Part shown: positions 62,201-64,000 of the stretch, piece by piece
Layout: each line of letters starts with the position of its first letter
Numbering within the stretch: the stretch's first letter is position 1
NCBI GenBank assembly: GCA_965207535.1
Contig: CBDBMR010000004.1
Location: 18,788-82,787 of the forward strand
From: Rhodospirillales bacterium
Lineage (GTDB): Bacteria > Pseudomonadota > Alphaproteobacteria > Rhodospirillales > UBA2165
Direction of reading: 5' to 3'
Length of the DNA: 64,000 nt
The notes under the pieces: generated by a model
Database searches by the model: none
Told to the model about the DNA's origin: nothing
Seen by the model: only the letters and a program-made list of their open reading frames with translations
Made by a program: the position numbers and the translations under genes

Positions 62201-63000
62201 GACGCGACCACTCCCATCTCGCCGCTCCCAAGGAGGATGAGAAGATCCGGTTCCGGGATGTGGTAGCGCAGCCCCGAAAGATCATCTCGTCGCCCACCTG
62301 GTCGGGCCTGGAATCGGAGAAGGTCTGTTACAACGCGGGCTACACCAACGTCCATGAGCTGATTCCGTGGCGGACCCTCTCCGGACGGCAACAGCTCTAT
62401 CAGGATCATTTGTGGATGCGGGCGTTCGGCGAAGCGCTTTGCGTCTACCGTCCGCCGGTCGATCTCAAGACGGTCAAGCCGATCATCGACGAGAAACCGA
62501 ACGGCAACGACCAGGTGGTCTTGAACTTCATCACCCCGCACCAGAAATGGGGCATCCACTCGACCTATACCGACAATCTGCTGATGCTGACCCTCAATCG
62601 GGGCGGGCCGGTGGTCTGGATTTCCGAGGTCGACGCCCGGAAGGCGGGGATCGAGGACAACGACTGGGTCGAGGCCTATAACATCAACGGCGCGTTGACG
62701 GCGCGGGCGGTGGTCTCCCAGCGGATGCGGGAGGGCACCATCTTCATGTACCACGCCCAGGAGAAGATCATTAATACCCCGGGCGCGGAGACGACGGGCA
62801 ACCGGGGCGGCATCCACAATTCGGTGACCCGCGCCATCGTCAAGCCCACCCATATGATCGGCGGATACGCCCAACAGTCCTACGGCTTCAATTACTACGG
62901 AACCGTCGGGTCCAACCGGGACGAGTTCGTCATTGTCCGCAAAATGGAAAACGTTGATTGGCTCGAGCGCCCGGCGCCCGATGCCGAGGAGATCGTCTGA
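59257..63000 (+). CDS. narG: Respiratory nitrate reductase alpha subunit
   Basis: The ATG at 59257 is preceded by [20 protein letters not shown]...[23 protein letters not shown] is the FS0 His/Cys cluster. The product is 1,247 aa. Confidence 0.95.
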   Translation: [1247 protein letters not shown]

Positions 63001-64000
63001 TGAAAATCCGCGCACAAATCGGAATGGTGCTCAATCTCGACAAGTGCATCGGCTGCCACACCTGTTCGGTGACCTGCAAGAACGTGTGGACCAATCGCGA
63101 AGGCATGGAATACGCCTGGTTCAACAATGTCGAGACCAAGCCCGGCGTCGGTTATCCCAGGGAATGGGAGAACCAGGACAAGTGGAACGGCGGATGGAAG
63201 CGCACCGGCAGCGGCAAGCTCCACCCCAAGATGGGCAATAAATGGCAGATCCTCGCCAAGATTTTCGGCAATCCGGACCTGCCCGAGATCGACGACTATT
63301 ACGAACCGTTCGACTTCGATTACGAGCATCTGCAAACCGCCCCCGAGCTGGAAGCGACTCCGACGGCCCGGCCGCGTTCGGCGATCACCGGCGAACGGAT
63401 GGAGAAGATCGAATGGGGACCCAACTGGGAGGAGATTCTCGGCGGCGAGTTTTCCAAACGGTCCGCGGACAAGAACTTCGACGACATCGAAAAATCAATC
63501 TACGGCGAATTCGAGAACACCTTCATGATGTATCTGCCGCGGCTGTGCGAGCATTGCCTCAATCCGACCTGTGTCGCGGCGTGTCCCTCGGGCGCCATCT
63601 ACAAGCGCGAAGAAGACGGGGTCGTGCTCATCGATCAGGAAAAGTGCCGGGGCTGGCGGATGTGCGTGTCGGGCTGCCCCTACAAGAAGATTTATTACAA
63701 CTGGTCGACCGGTAAATCCGAGAAGTGCACCTTCTGCTATCCGCGCATCGAGGCCGGCGAGCCGACGGTGTGTTCCGAAACCTGCGTCGGCCGCATCCGT
63801 TACCTGGGCGTGGTGCTCTATGACGCCGACGGCATCGAAAAGGCGGCGGCGACGGAAAGCACGGCCGACCTCTACGAAGCGCAGTTGGATGTCTTTCTCG
63901 ACCCCGACGATCCCCACGTGCGGTCTCAGGCGCGCAAAGACGGCGTACCCGAGGCCTGGCTGACGGCGGCGCAGGCCTCGCCGGTCTACAAGATGGCCAT
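63000..64000 (+). CDS. narH: Respiratory nitrate reductase beta subunit, 3' end off-window
   Basis: My own translation: the ATG overlaps the narG TGA (ATGA). MKIRAQIGMVLNLDKCIGCHTCSVTCKNVW..., with later CEHCLNPTCVAACPSGAIYKR and CRGWRMCVSGCPYKK ferredoxin clusters. The frame is open to the window end, so it is absent from the ORF track. Confidence 0.9.
   Translation, partial: MKIRAQIGMVLNLDKCIGCHTCSVTCKNVWTNREGMEYAWFNNVETKPGVGYPREWENQDKWNGGWKRTGSGKLHPKMGNKWQILAKIFGNPDLPEIDDYYEPFDFDYEHLQTAPELEATPTARPRSAITGERMEKIEWGPNWEEILGGEFSKRSADKNFDDIEKSIYGEFENTFMMYLPRLCEHCLNPTCVAACPSGAIYKREEDGVVLIDQEKCRGWRMCVSGCPYKKIYYNWSTGKSEKCTFCYPRIEAGEPTVCSETCVGRIRYLGVVLYDADGIEKAAATESTADLYEAQLDVFLDPDDPHVRSQARKDGVPEAWLTAAQASPVYKMA

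Overview
GC-rich proteobacterial window whose gene content looks alphaproteobacterial. I recognised no rRNA, tRNA, tmRNA or CRISPR array. All homology calls were made by eye from motifs in the supplied translations and the DNA; no searches were run.

Accessory region (about 1,000-39,400). This is a mosaic containing:
- A decayed conjugative-element backbone: a 5'-truncated TrwC-type relaxase-helicase, an RHH/MobC-like protein, a DUF2493/SLOG protein, SSB, and a protein with five zinc-ribbon repeats.
- Four tyrosine recombinases. Three are P4/DUF4102-type, and two of those overlap by 14 nt. One is XerC/D-like.
- Two IS110-family remnants and one intact IS110/IS1111-like element.
- Three type II toxin-antitoxin pairs: hicBA and two higBA.
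- Visibly lower-GC, defence-type cargo: a 1,555-aa Mrr-like nuclease / STAND NTPase giant (Avs-like); a DUF4145/HEPN-like protein; an MmeI-family type IIL restriction-modification enzyme packed directly behind higBA; a split PIN-like protein; and a small His-Me-finger-like protein next to a DUF2513 protein.

Two short backbone segments recur about 23 kb apart in direct orientation. In the second copy a recombinase cassette sits where the first copy has the zinc-ribbon array.

Chromosomal region (about 39,700 to the end). This looks like ordinary metabolism: pobA-ligAB with a LysR regulator, an FAD monooxygenase, DctQMP-type and TAXI-type TRAP transporters, a MetE-like protein, MarR, a multicopper oxidase, a Dnr-type Crp/Fnr regulator, and narK1-narK2-narG-narH (narH runs off the window).

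Strongest candidates for something new:
- the Avs-like giant and its low-GC neighbourhood;
- the uORF-higBA-MmeI-PIN-like block;
- the overlapping integrase pair;
- the zinc-ribbon protein and the recombinase-for-zinc-ribbon cassette swap.
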